Both the position numbers and the translations under genes were made by a program. A stretch of DNA of 64,000 bases. Origin: the human T2T-CHM13v2.0 reference genome, Homo sapiens. The stretch lies in assembly GCF_009914755.1 (NCBI RefSeq), contig NC_060937.1, one strand, 5' to 3'. This document shows, piece by piece, positions 32,897-44,599 of this stretch. The notes under the pieces are model-generated. The model saw nothing but the letters and a program-made list of their open reading frames with translations. It was not told where the DNA came from and ran no database searches. Within the stretch, counting starts at the first letter, position 1; each line of letters starts with the position of its first letter.

Positions 32897-33190
32897 TAGA
32901 ATTTGGAATCTCAGCATTTAAAAGAATTTTAGATGTCATTTAGTCCTATCATCTGCATTATTTAAAGTAAGAATCTACATGGTTTATCTGAAATTCAAAT
33001 TTAACTGGGCATCCTATATTTTTAAAAATTTTATTGAGGTACAATATAAAAAAATAAAAATAAAGTAAGAATCTAGTCTGTTGATTTCCTAAAGTGTGGT
33101 CATTGAACTTATCTGTGAAAAATTACCTCTAAGATAGTGACTTCTGTTGCATAACCATTTGAAAACACTCCAACCAAAATTTTTTATTTT
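32897..33190 (-). mobile_element. L3/CR1-like fragment interrupted by an 84-bp insertion
   Basis: GAATCTCAGCATTTAAAAGAATTTTAGATGTCATTTAGTCC...GTGGTCATTGAACTTATCTGTGAA resembles the recalled L3 3' end. Confidence 0.45.
32978..33061 (+). mobile_element. Short TSD-flanked, A-tailed insertion containing a MER53-like piece
   Basis: Direct repeat AAAGTAAGAATCTA at 32964-32977 and 33062-33075. A-rich tail 33048-33060. GTTTATCTGAAATTCAAATTTAACTGGGCATCCT matches recalled MER53. Confidence 0.8.
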
Positions 33191-33449
33191 TGAGGAACCT
33201 ATCTTAATTGAATTAACTGAATTGCTGATTAACAAGACACACTATTTAACAGAGGAATTGGTGCAACAGTTTTATGACATCTTTCTATATTTCACATTTT
33301 ACTGAATCATAATTTAAAATATATTAATTTTATATCTAGCTTTATCTAAAACTTATGTATATTTGAAGTACTGAAATCTGATTATTGAAAAAAATTGGAC
33401 TGACCAAAGCTATTAAGAATAATATTTCTAAAGGTATTTTTCTTTTTAG

Positions 33450-33558
33450 ATTACTGTGCCATGCTATGAAGGACCATATAGTCCGTGTTGCAAATGAAGC
33501 TGAGTTTATTTTGAACAGACAAAGAGCCGAGGATGTACATAAACATGCAGAGTTTGAG
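33450..33558 (+). CDS. NBEA: Neurobeachin internal coding exon (109 bp, phase 2 to 0), DUF1088 region
   Basis: Acceptor tttttctttttAG and donor GAG|GTAAGG. Encodes [36 protein letters not shown], recognised as NBEA and distinct from its paralog LRBA. Confidence 0.96.
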
Positions 33559-34643
33559 GTAAGGTTTTGGGAGTAGACTAAATTCTGCCTTTCTATTATA
33601 AGCCAAAAATCACCTATCTGTGACCTTACATAAGAAGGTTTTTTTAAAAGGAAAATTTCACTGAAGGCATTTCTGTTCCTGTTTTTTAAAAGCTTTAGTA
33701 AATGTCAAACAGAGTACTAATATATTTTCACCCCATTTACAGCATGAAAACATTCCTTCTGCCCTATATATGCCTAACCATTTGGTAGACTGAAGTTATT
33801 CTAACCTACTCAAGAGTAAATGCAAAAAATAATTTATAATGCAACAATTTTAGTTATTTTAAGCTAGCAGAGATTTACACACCAATAGGTAGATATGAGT
33901 ATATGATACAGTTATATGAATAAACTCATATAAGATTCAAAAAAATCTTTCAATTTCTGTTTTATACATAACAGTTATTTATTATTTCAGTTTATTCCAT
34001 TTACAAGACAAAATAGGTCCGAGAAATATTTATGTGCCCTGCTGTTTGGCTTAGTTGGACTTGAAAGTAATAAATGACTCACCAATTTATTCTCCTGATA
34101 CAACAGGCTAACAAGTATGGTGTAGCTAGAAATCAGAGCCCACAATTCTAGTTTTGATGAGGTTTTTATCTCAGTAAAGCAGCTCTGTGAGTCATACAAG
34201 TTGATAGACTAGGTCTAGTGATCTCTGACCTAGCTGGCTGAAAAGCATGAGACAGGAAAATAGCCACTATCGCTTTCAAACACATGACCTTTGCTTCATT
34301 TGGTCAGAAGAGGCACAAGACAAGCAGCCACTTGTCTTGTGAAATTGCAACAACCGTATTCTGAGAAAGATACCAGATATTTTAAACTTCGATAAAAGTA
34401 TAGTGATCTTTAAGTGTTTATCAAAGTGAAGTTTCGTATTAGTAAAGATTTGGAATCTCAACTGAATTCCCTGCAGGATCAGTTTTGAGTCTCTTGTATT
34501 TCCACTAAGAAAATCAAGATAATTTGTGAGGATATAAGCAGATCAATATTTGTCATGTGAAAACATTTAAAATAGATTTTCAAGTGGCTAGATATTAGTT
34601 ATGAGCTTTAACATGTTTAACCAAGGTGACATTAAGCCAAGGG

Positions 34644-34886
34644 CAGTGTTTCTCAACCTTTTTTATTGTTGTTATTGATTCCCTAAGGAGTCCTTTTAGA
34701 CATTTTGCCTAATTGGCCTCTCATCCCAAAGAAATTTTATAATACCACCCATAGGCTGTGTATCTGTTTTTGTACTTACATACATTTGTGTTTTATGTAC
34801 TGAAATAACAATATTTTTATCCCCCACCCGACACACACCAATTTTTCACTCTTAGGAATGAGATTACTCTCGTTGTGGGTCATCTT
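34644..34886 (+). mobile_element. MER112-like hAT element
   Basis: CAGTGTTTCTCAACCTTTTT...CCCTAAGGAGTCCTTTTAGACATTTT. Degenerate 8-bp TSD GCCAAGGG/CCCAAGGT. Confidence 0.7.
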
Positions 34887-35069
34887 CCCAAGGTGATAAG
34901 AGGTTTCCAAGGAAACATGAAGACTTAGTGTTTTTTAGATTTTATAAACATAAAATATAATATTAATGTAAATGTAATTTTGATTATATTGCCAGTGTTA
35001 TTTGATGATTGTACCTTATTTTTTTAACCTGAAATGTTTATATCTCTCCTTTTTGGGTTAGAGCTATTG

Positions 35070-35070
<1 letters not shown>

Positions 35071-35116
<46 letters not shown>
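35071..35116. repeat. Perfect (TG)23 microsatellite
   Basis: Seen directly. Confidence 0.98.
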
Positions 35117-35119
<3 letters not shown>

Positions 35120-36500
35120 TTTACACAAAGATATCCCTTTTAAATTGTAAAAGATTTTACAAGTCATGACATTTTGCTAGAACTTTTTGAGGAATTTTTC
35201 TATCCCCCATATCAGCCTATAATTAGGAAGAAAAGTATATTTGATTTTAGATGGGTACTTCACAGTTAAGTTTTTTTAGTTAACTACTGTAGTTGTTAAG
35301 GAAGAAAAATGAAAATTTAATTTTACTCTCCAATGAGCTAATGAAATATTAACCTCATTACTGAGGCAGATCGTTGTACTAATTGGTGATTCCCTGTACA
35401 AAAAGATAAATTGGAAAATGAATTAATCCTTCTTAGATTACTGTAGGGTTATTTCTCCAGAAGAGATTACTTGTGGTAGTAGTGTATATCAATAGATAAA
35501 TGAGAGGAATATGTTCAAGTACCTTCCATGAAATAGATTTTTGCATAGTAATGATGAATGTGAACTACTTCTATTTATTTTATCAGATGTATGAGACTTT
35601 TTTCTTCCTAGTTATATTACTTGTATTACACATTTATTAATGTTAAAAGTTATAGTCACACCACTCTGTATATTTATTGTAGTTTTCTGTATAAAAACTA
35701 CAATAACAAGAATCAAATTTATAATTAAAGAAATATTTCTCTTTATGTTTACATTAAATATTTTTAATACAAAAAATGATCCATTGATAGCAGTGTTGCT
35801 AACAAATGTAAGAATGAATACATGTCAGATAGCTGACATGACAACTGATAATTATGGGAAAAGGAAGGTAAGAATAAGGTAGTAGTTCTCATGAAACCCT
35901 TTGAACACATTACATTTTAAGAATATGGAGGGATCATAGAAAAAAATCTTGTCTCAGCTCCTCATTTACAAATATGAAACTGAGTACATTAAAATATATG
36001 GAGTTTGCATATTTTGTGAATTAAAATCTAGGTCTACTGAATTCCTAAATGACTACATTTTCTTCTGTATCACATTACCATTCATGAAATGGAAAATATA
36101 AATTAAATGACAGATTTTTGATTCATATGTAATTATCAGGAACATACCTCTTATTTTAAGTGAGATATACTATATTGGCTTGATAAACAAGTAGGTTTAC
36201 ATTTATAGTAAATATTTGTGCTTCTAAAATACATGAAAATTAGATTCTCAGAATTGGAAGAAACCATGAGTCTTTAATTACTTCAATATTATTCAAATTA
36301 TTTTACATATACTTTAGAAAGAGCACATTTTTATATTTGAAAGGTGACTATATGTATTCTTTAGAACAAAATATCAAAAGATTACATTATTTGAGTTTTA
36401 AAAAGTTGAATTCCTGTTACCGTTTAACTTAAATGTATATCATCCTTACTTATATGCAGTAAAAAGTTTATTATTATGCATCATTTGTATTTCTTTATAG

Positions 36501-36667
36501 TCACAGTGTGCCCAATATGCTGCTGATAGAAGAGAGGAAGAAAAGATGTGTGACCATCTTATCAGTGCTGCTAAACATCGAGATCATGTAACAGCAAATC
36601 AGCTGAAACAGAAGATTCTCAATATTCTCACAAATAAACATGGTGCTTGGGGAGCAGTTTCTCATAG
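36501..36667 (+). CDS. NBEA: Neurobeachin internal coding exon (167 bp, phase 0 to 2)
   Basis: Acceptor tatttctttatAG and donor AG|GTGAGT. Encodes [55 protein letters not shown], in frame with the previous exon. Not in the ORF track. Confidence 0.96.
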
Positions 36668-37257
36668 GTGAGTTATAATAAATTCGAGTAAATAATAATT
36701 CATGGGTTAATTATAATAGTTGGTAATAAAAATATGGCTACAAATTTAAAAGTCATTTAGAAAATATAATTTAAAATATAAAAAATTACTTGAAAATTTT
36801 CCTGAAATCTTTAATAATTCTTCATCAGAAGAGTTTAAGGGAAAACCTAAACTTTTTATAGTAGCTACAGTGGAAGTTATTTCTACTTTATAATAATATG
36901 CAACATAATACAAAATATGGTTAGGCAAGTATTTTAGTCTACTGTCTCTCATATGTAACATGGATGTTTAGGTATGAGAAGTGGCTCTTTTTAAAAAAGA
37001 ATCTTTTAGAGTCAACTCTTCCTACTTATTAAATTTATATCATTCTTTTTTATACAGAAGCATATATAAGCATATACTACAGAGAAATAATATGTTCTTT
37101 TAAAAAGTTTTCTTTCATAATTTTCTATTCAGTCTTACCAAGGGAAGATTTTCATCTCAAATATGATTGTTTATGATAATATAGTACAACTAAAACCAAA
37201 ATTTGGTTGTTTATAAATCACAAATGTTCTCCCTAAAGTTTTGTGGACATACAATTA

Positions 37258-37280
37258 TTGTTGTTGTTGTTGTTGTTGTT
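37258..37280. repeat. (TTG)7 microsatellite
   Basis: Seen directly. Confidence 0.9.
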
Positions 37281-37497
37281 ATCTATACAATGAAGTTTTC
37301 TGGAAAACTAGAAGTGAAACAGGTCACTATATTTAGATTGCTGATGTTCTTCCTTTTTATATTATGTTTTTTGACCCCACTAAATGTTTTTATTAAGTCT
37401 GTGTTTGGCAGAGTTTATTAAATCTGTTTGACAAAGTTGGCTGGTGAAATGTAAACGGGATACTACTAAGAAGAGCCTTGGTAAAAATGATTCTGTT

Positions 37498-37832
<335 letters not shown>

Positions 37833-37949
37833 TTAACCAACTTCCTGGGATTATGAGTGTAAGATAGGTTTTTTAAAACTTTATTAATTTTGGATTTAAG
37901 GTAAAATTATAACATGTGTCTTTAAAATAGTCAACATTTAATATTTATC

Positions 37950-38165
37950 ATAATAATAGCAATAACCCATGGCCTCTAACATTTATTATTTGTTGTGTGC
38001 GAGGGACCATACTAAGAACTTTACATGGATTATTTCCTTTATCCTTGAACATCTTTATTAAGGGTGACATTGAGGTATTCTCCATTTTACCGGGAAGAAC
38101 CTAAAGCTGAAAGAGGTTAAATAAAACTTACATAGTATCACACTGCTTGTACAAATAGAGGCAGA
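37950..38165 (-). mobile_element. MIR
   Basis: ATTCTCCATTTTACCGGGAAGAACCTAAAGCTGAAAGAGGTTAAATAAAACTT. Confidence 0.7.
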
Positions 38166-38166
38166 T

Positions 38167-38549
38167 TATATCAGTCAGGATGCTCCAGAGATATTTATAT
38201 TCATTAACTAAATTTATTTTAAGGAATTTATTCATTCAATCATGGGAGCTGGTAAGTCTGAAATCTGTAGGACAGGCTGGCAGGCTAGAAACTCCGGCAA
38301 GATTTCTGTGTTACAGTCTTGAGGCAGAATTTCTTCTTCTCCGGGAAACCTCAGCTTTTGCTAAGGCCTTCGGTTGATTGGATGAGCCTTTCCCACATTC
38401 TTGAGGGTAATATCCTTTACTTAAAGTTAACTGACTGTAGATGTTAATCATATCTACAAAATACCTCCACAGCAACAGTTAGACTAATGTTTGACCAAAC
38501 AACTGGGCATTATAGCCTAGCCAGGTTGACATAAAATTTAACCATGAAA
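38167..38549. mobile_element. MLT2 (ERVL) LTR, MLT2D-like
   Basis: AAGTCTGAAATCTGTAGGACAGGCTGGCAGGCTAGAAACTC...AGCCTAGCCAGGTTGACATAAAATTTAACCAT. Confidence 0.85.
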
Positions 38550-39517
38550 CACACTAACAATAACCTGAGCATTTTACCCATCTACAGACCTTGTCTCCCT
38601 TTTTGTGTCAGCTGAATTGGGTTTATCTATTAATACTTACTTATATGTAGTCAGGACTGTAACATTATATTGCTAGTAACGCAGCTGGTATGATTCAGGA
38701 TATTGCCTTAGCTGTATAAAGCAGTACATGGTTTGGGTTTTAATTATTTCCTTATGTAATTAGAATACAGCTAAAGGACAGTGACCTCCATAGCAGCAGT
38801 CATGTGGTAACATGTCAGATGCGTCCTGTGCTAGCTAGTCAACAACCTTTCTGACATCTCATTAGACTGACAGAAAGCATGGCCTGAGCCCTCAGAAGAG
38901 CAGGTGTCTTCTTTCCTTGCACATTAGTTTCTACTGCCAACTATCTGAAAAAAAAACCACAATATTTTTATGATCATTTACTAACTGTGTCACTGAACTC
39001 TAAACCTTTAAGCATAGGTTTTGTTCTGTTTAATTCTCCTTAGTATTTGATTAACTAATAGGGCTCAGTCATTGGACCTCTTCTCTTTTCTATCTTATTC
39101 ACTCTCTAGACAATTTTATCTAGTCCCATGATTTAAAAATACTACTAATATGTTGATAACTCCAAAATTTATTATTCCAAGTCCAGATCTCTCCCGTCGC
39201 CAGGTCTGTATATTCATCTGCCCACTTGGTATCTTCTAATTGATTAGCTGATAGTCACCTCACACCTAACATATGAAAACTAAGCTTCTAATATTTTCTT
39301 CCAAACCAGTTTCTCTTATATTTTTCTCCATCTCAGCCAAAGGCAACTCCATTCTTACTGTTTCTGAGGCCATAAATGTTGCTCTGTCCTTGACTACTGT
39401 TTACACATCCCACATTGAGCCCTTCAGCAAATCTTACTGACACTGCCACAAAATATATCCAGCTTCGACTGCTTCTCACCATTACCTTGGATCACCTTAG
39501 TCCAAGCCACATCATTC

Positions 39518-39614
39518 TCACTTGACTTATTGTACCAGCATGATATATAGTCTTATTTTTATATTTCACTTGACTTATTGTACCAGCATGATATATAGTC
39601 TTTCTTTTTATATT
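39518..39614. repeat. Tandem duplication, 2 x ~48 bp
   Basis: TCACTTGACTTATTGTACCAGCATGATATATAGTCTT (37 bp) is identical at 39518 and 39566. Confidence 0.95.
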
Positions 39615-39713
39615 TTTCCCCTGTCCTCCTAAAGTCCATTCTCAGCGCAACAGCCTGAGTGACTCTTATTAAAATGTAGATCCCTCTGCTCCTATGCTTA
39701 GAAACCTCCACAG

Positions 39714-39916
39714 CTGTACTATGCCAGACTGTAACCACTAGTCATGTGTGGCTATTCAAATTTAATTAATTAAAATTTAATTTAATGAAAAACGTGATGC
39801 CTCAGTTGCACTAGCCAAATTTCAAGTACTCGGTAGCCACATGTGGCTGGTGGCTACCATAGTAGTTATCACAGAACCTTTCCGTCATTGCAGAAAGTTC
39901 TTTTGAACGCTTGCTG
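39714..39916 (-). mobile_element. MER3 (hAT-Charlie)
   Basis: TAGCCACATGTGGCTGGTGGCTACC...GCAGAAAGTTCT. Confidence 0.8.
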
Positions 39917-41019
39917 CAGAGGTTTAGCATTCACTGAGGGGGAAAATAAGATCTCATAGTGACTTATTAGGCCCTACATGGTTTAGTCTTTGTTTGTTAA
40001 CTCTTCAACCTCCTCTGCCAATACTCTCCCCTTGGTTCTTTTTGTTCTAGTCACCCTGGCTTCTTTCTTGCAGGTCATGTTTGCTCTGTTTAGAATGCTT
40101 TCCCAAAAAGTTCATTGGTCAAACTTTTTCATTTTCTTCAGGCCTTAATTCCAAATGATACCATCTCAAAAAAAAAATCATTCTCTAGCCACTCTGTCTA
40201 AAATTTTACTCTTCCTCCAAATATTTTATATTGCATTTCCCCACTTTTCAACATCTATTACTTTGATACTAAAATTTCATATATTTTACTTATATATTAT
40301 TTTTATTGTTTTGTTTTCCAATAGCATGTAAGCTTCATAATGTAATAGATTCTTTGCTCTTTTATCCATAATTGTATCCCCAGCACCTAGAATAAGCCCT
40401 GATGCATAGTAGGTACCAAAAAATTTGTGAATAAATTAATGAATAAACACTTGGTGTATGCCCTTTTTTCAGTAATGATACCTATCATGGAATAATAGAA
40501 AATAAACTAGTCCATTGGGAATAATTTTATATTTTATTTAACTTTATAAAATGCCAAAAAGTACTTATCCCTGCATGAAACCAAAGTGTTAGAGCCAGCA
40601 ACACTCTAAAACAGGTGTTCACAAATCCAGTAACATTTTACATAGAAAAGTTTATATATTCTAACTGGAGTCACAAGTTCCTCAAAAAGACAGGAAAATA
40701 TTTCAACAGCAAAAGTTGCTTTTGAATGCTGTTTATTCTGTGAATGTTACAGATTTGGTTTTTGTATAAATTATCAACTTCTATATATTATACAGTGTAC
40801 GTTTCTACTACAGAATGATGCTTTCAACTTGTAAATGCAAGAAAAATATGTGGCCATATTTTCCATTGCTAATCCAATGGGATTAATACAATTGTGCATG
40901 TAAGAATATTTATGTCATACTTAGGAGTAACTGAAAAATATTCTTCCATATTAGAGTGACCGTTGATTTTTTGTTTGGAGTTCATCCTACTGAACTTCTA
41001 AACTGTATTTGACAGTCTT

Positions 41020-41460
41020 CTATGAACTCTATTCTTTTGATCTCTTGTGTTTCACCATTACGTCTGACCTCACATCCTGCCATGCATCTTCTCAGCCCAT
41101 GGCTCACTCCACCACAGCCACCCTGGCCTCTGTCTGTTTTGTATACAGGCCAAGCACTTCCTCCTTTTGTATGCTGTTCCTTCTGCATGATATACTCAGA
41201 TAGGTCTTTGCACAAGTGTTTCCTCATTAGAGTGGATTTCTCTGACCTTTCTATCAAAAATTGCACACCACATTTTTCCCTTCATCACTCCCTAAATTTT
41301 CTAAGCTTTAATCTTCATAGCACCTATCACTTGGCATATAATTTACTGTTTAACTATTTTTTTACCTGATATTATGGACTTTCATTTACTGGTGTGTACC
41401 CAGTGCATAGAACTCTGCATATAATAATTGTTCAACACATAATTTAAAAATTCATGAATC
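41020..41460 (+). mobile_element. L2 3' fragment
   Basis: CACTCCACCACAGCCACCCTGGCCTC...CCCAGTGCATAGAAC. Confidence 0.65.
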
Positions 41461-41621
41461 CATGAAAATTTCCATACACATGTATCATGGCACTTGTGTA
41501 GATAGCATGTAAGCTAGTTTTGATACTTTCCACATAGAATTTGAGCTTTATAATCAACATTAAGAGCTCAATTACTTACTAGCTGTATGACTTGTAAGCT
41601 GTGTAATCTCGAACAGAGAGG

Positions 41622-42075
41622 TTTTTTTGTTTTTCTTTTTTGTTGTTTTTTTTTTAACTTTTAAGTTCAGTGATACATGTGCAGGTTTGTTACATAGGAA
41701 CACGTGTGGGGGTTTGTTATATAGATTATTTCATCACCCAGGAATTAAGCCTAGTATCTGTTAGTTATTTTTCCTGATCTTCTCCCTCCTCCTACCCTCC
41801 ACCCTGTCATAGGCCCCAGTGTGTGTTGTTCCCCTCTATATGTCCATGTGTTCTCATCATTTAGCTCCCACTTGTAAGTGAGAACACGTGGGATTTGGTT
41901 TTCTGTTCCTGTGTTAGTTTGCTAAGGATAATGGCCCCCAGCTCCATCCATGTCCCTGCAAAGGAAAGGATATCATTTTTTGTTATGGCTGCATAGTATT
42001 CCATCATGTATATGTACCATATTTTCTTTATAGAGTCTATCATTTATGGCCATTTTTGTTGATTTCATGTCTTTT
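41622..42075 (-). mobile_element. 5'-truncated L1PA10-13-like, inserted in a MIR (~41540-42235)
   Basis: Poly-T followed by L1PA 3'UTR. Degenerate TSD GAACAGAGA/GAACAAAGA. MIR text continues on both sides. Confidence 0.88.
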
Positions 42076-42373
42076 GAACAAAGATTTTACCTTCCTGATG
42101 TTCACCTTTTCTCATTCAGAAAATGGGATGAATAGTTTCTACTAAATTGAGTTACGTTACTATGAAAAATTGAAATACTGTGTGCAAAATGCTTAATATA
42201 ATGTCAGACACAATAGATATCCAATGCTTATTAGTAGTCTCTTCTTTTTTCTGTTAGTCTGCTCTTTGCAAAGACCCTTTTAAAAATATTTTCTGTCTGC
42301 TTAATCACTCCTTAACTTCTAATATATAGTTGTAATATGTTGATTTTATTTGTTTTATCAACAGATAATTCTT

Positions 42374-42667
42374 TTTTTCAATTGAGATGGAGTCTCACGC
42401 TGTCACCCAGGCTGAAGTTCAGTGGCACGATCTCGGCTCACTGCAACCTCCACCTCCCGGGTTCAAGTAATTCTCTTGCCTCAGCCTCCTGAGTAGCTGG
42501 GATTACAGGCACGCACCACCACACCCAGCTAATTTTTTTATATTTTTGGTAGAGGCGGGGTTTCACCATGTTGGCCAGGCTGGTCTTGAACTCCCGACCT
42601 CAAGTGATCTGCCCGCCTCAACCTCCCACAGTACTGGGGTTATAGGAGTGAGTCAACACACCTGGCC
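42374..42667 (-). mobile_element. Alu, AluS-like
   Basis: TSD TCAACAGATAATTCTT (42358-42373) / TCAACAAATAATTCTT (42668-42683). Confidence 0.96.
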
Positions 42668-42778
42668 TCAACAAATAATTCTTGAGCTTCTATTTGTGCA
42701 AAACAGATATACTTTCTCCCCAACTGAGCTTATAGTCTAGTAGAAGAGATTGATATTGAATTAATAATTATAGAAACA

Positions 42779-43072
<294 letters not shown>

Positions 43073-44161
43073 TTATGGAAATAAAAGATATAAAACTTTG
43101 GCAAATGATAGGATAGAAAAGTGCCAAGTACTTTGAAGGAGCACATAAAACAGAGGAGCTTTATTTTAGATTAGGGAGTGAGGAAAGACTTGTTTGAAGA
43201 AGCTCTGTTTAAGTAAAAAGATGAGTAGCGCGTCTTTAGCAAAGGGTGGTGTGTGAATCATTCAGAAAAGAAATATTACAAAGACTCTGGGCTTGAAAAA
43301 CAGAATGAACAAAAAGGAGGGTAGTTTGGAGCTTAGTGAATATTGGGAGTAGTGGCTTGAGAGGAGGCTGGAGAATAACATGAGCCAGATGATTTAAAGT
43401 CCTGTTCAATCACGTTAAGGATTTGTGACTTTATCCTAAGTAGCATGAAAAGCAAAGAAGTATTTGAACAGGAGAATAACATGATCTGATTTATGTTTTA
43501 ACAACATCAGTCTGGCTGTTATGTGAAGACACATATGCAGGATAAATAGGAAAATATAGTCACCTTATTTATAGCTGAGTTCAAATGTCACCTTTTTCTA
43601 TAGCATCCCTTGGCTTTCTCTTATCTTTTTTAACACTGCTTCCCCATATTTTGTTGTTGTTATCTGTATTGAAATTAACTGTGATATATCACTTAATGTT
43701 TTATAGCCATGTGAATGTGCCTGTCTCTTTCAACATACTTGTAGCTTCCTAAGCATAGGAATTGAATACTAATTGTTGTTATATCCCTGTTCTCAAATAT
43801 ATGTTCAATATGAAGGAATTTCATCCCTCTAATTTTCTACTTGCTATTCTACCAAAAAAATAGTTTAGTTATAACATAAAATCTCTTTTACATCTATCTT
43901 TGGATTCAGTGGTGGGGTCGGTTCTAACATACTTTAGCATTTGAATTAATAATATTGATCTTTATTTCTGTGTTGAGGAAAAGCTATGAGAGATCCTTTA
44001 ACATGCATATTTCCAGATTCAGTGTTGTTAAATAATGCTCAATGTATATAGTTTTTCTTTGTTTATTTTAGCTTTTTGGATATTTCCTATTGCTTAAACT
44101 ACGTAAGCCATACAGCCTAAATTTCAGTGAACAGGGTTTAATAGCCCCTTGAGTTTAATAG

Positions 44162-44171
44162 GTGTGTGTGT

Positions 44172-44204
<33 letters not shown>
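44162..44204. repeat. Interrupted (GT)n microsatellite
   Basis: Seen directly, with one AT interruption. Confidence 0.95.
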
Positions 44205-44249
44205 AGATCTCAGTTTTTATTATTCATTTTCAAATAATCATTACTATTG

Positions 44250-44500
44250 TTTAGTTTTCTGGTAAGATGTTGGGAGCACACCTATGTATTGACGGTAACT
44301 ATGTTGATACTTCCATTGGAATGTCTTATTTTCATCCTAACAACTGTAAGGAAGACATTATTTTTTCTATTTTACGGGTAAAAAATGTGAGATTCATAGA
44401 GATCAAATGTCTTGCCCTGTATTACACAGCTAAGTAATAGAGACAGGAGCAGGATTTGAGTCTAGGTTGATCTGACCTAAAGCTTGTAGTCATTTCAATG
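44250..44500 (-). mobile_element. MIR
   Basis: CTATTTTACGGGTAAAAAATGTGAGATTCATAGAGATCAAATGTCTTGCCC...ACACAGCTAAGTAA. Confidence 0.7.
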
Positions 44501-44599
44501 ACTAATTACTGATTATTGTATTGATTATAAAAACTAGCCATTAGAATAATGAAATGCAAAGAACTGTGTAATTAAGAAGAAGACTGAAGACTTGCAAAT

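Larger units (their letters stand above)
39050..40445 (+). mobile_element. L2 3' portion, interrupted by MER3
   Basis: Pyrimidine-rich L2 body ending GTATCCCCAGCACCTAGAA...TAGTAGGTAC...GTGAATAAATTAATGAAT. Confidence 0.8.

Noticed and set aside
33385-33576. 63-aa ORF as a stand-alone gene
   Set aside because: It is the NBEA exon read through flanking intron; splice sites delimit the real coding part.
33450-36667. Assignment to LRBA or to a pseudogene
   Set aside because: The residues match NBEA as I recall it ([33 protein letters not shown]). Frames and splice sites are intact.
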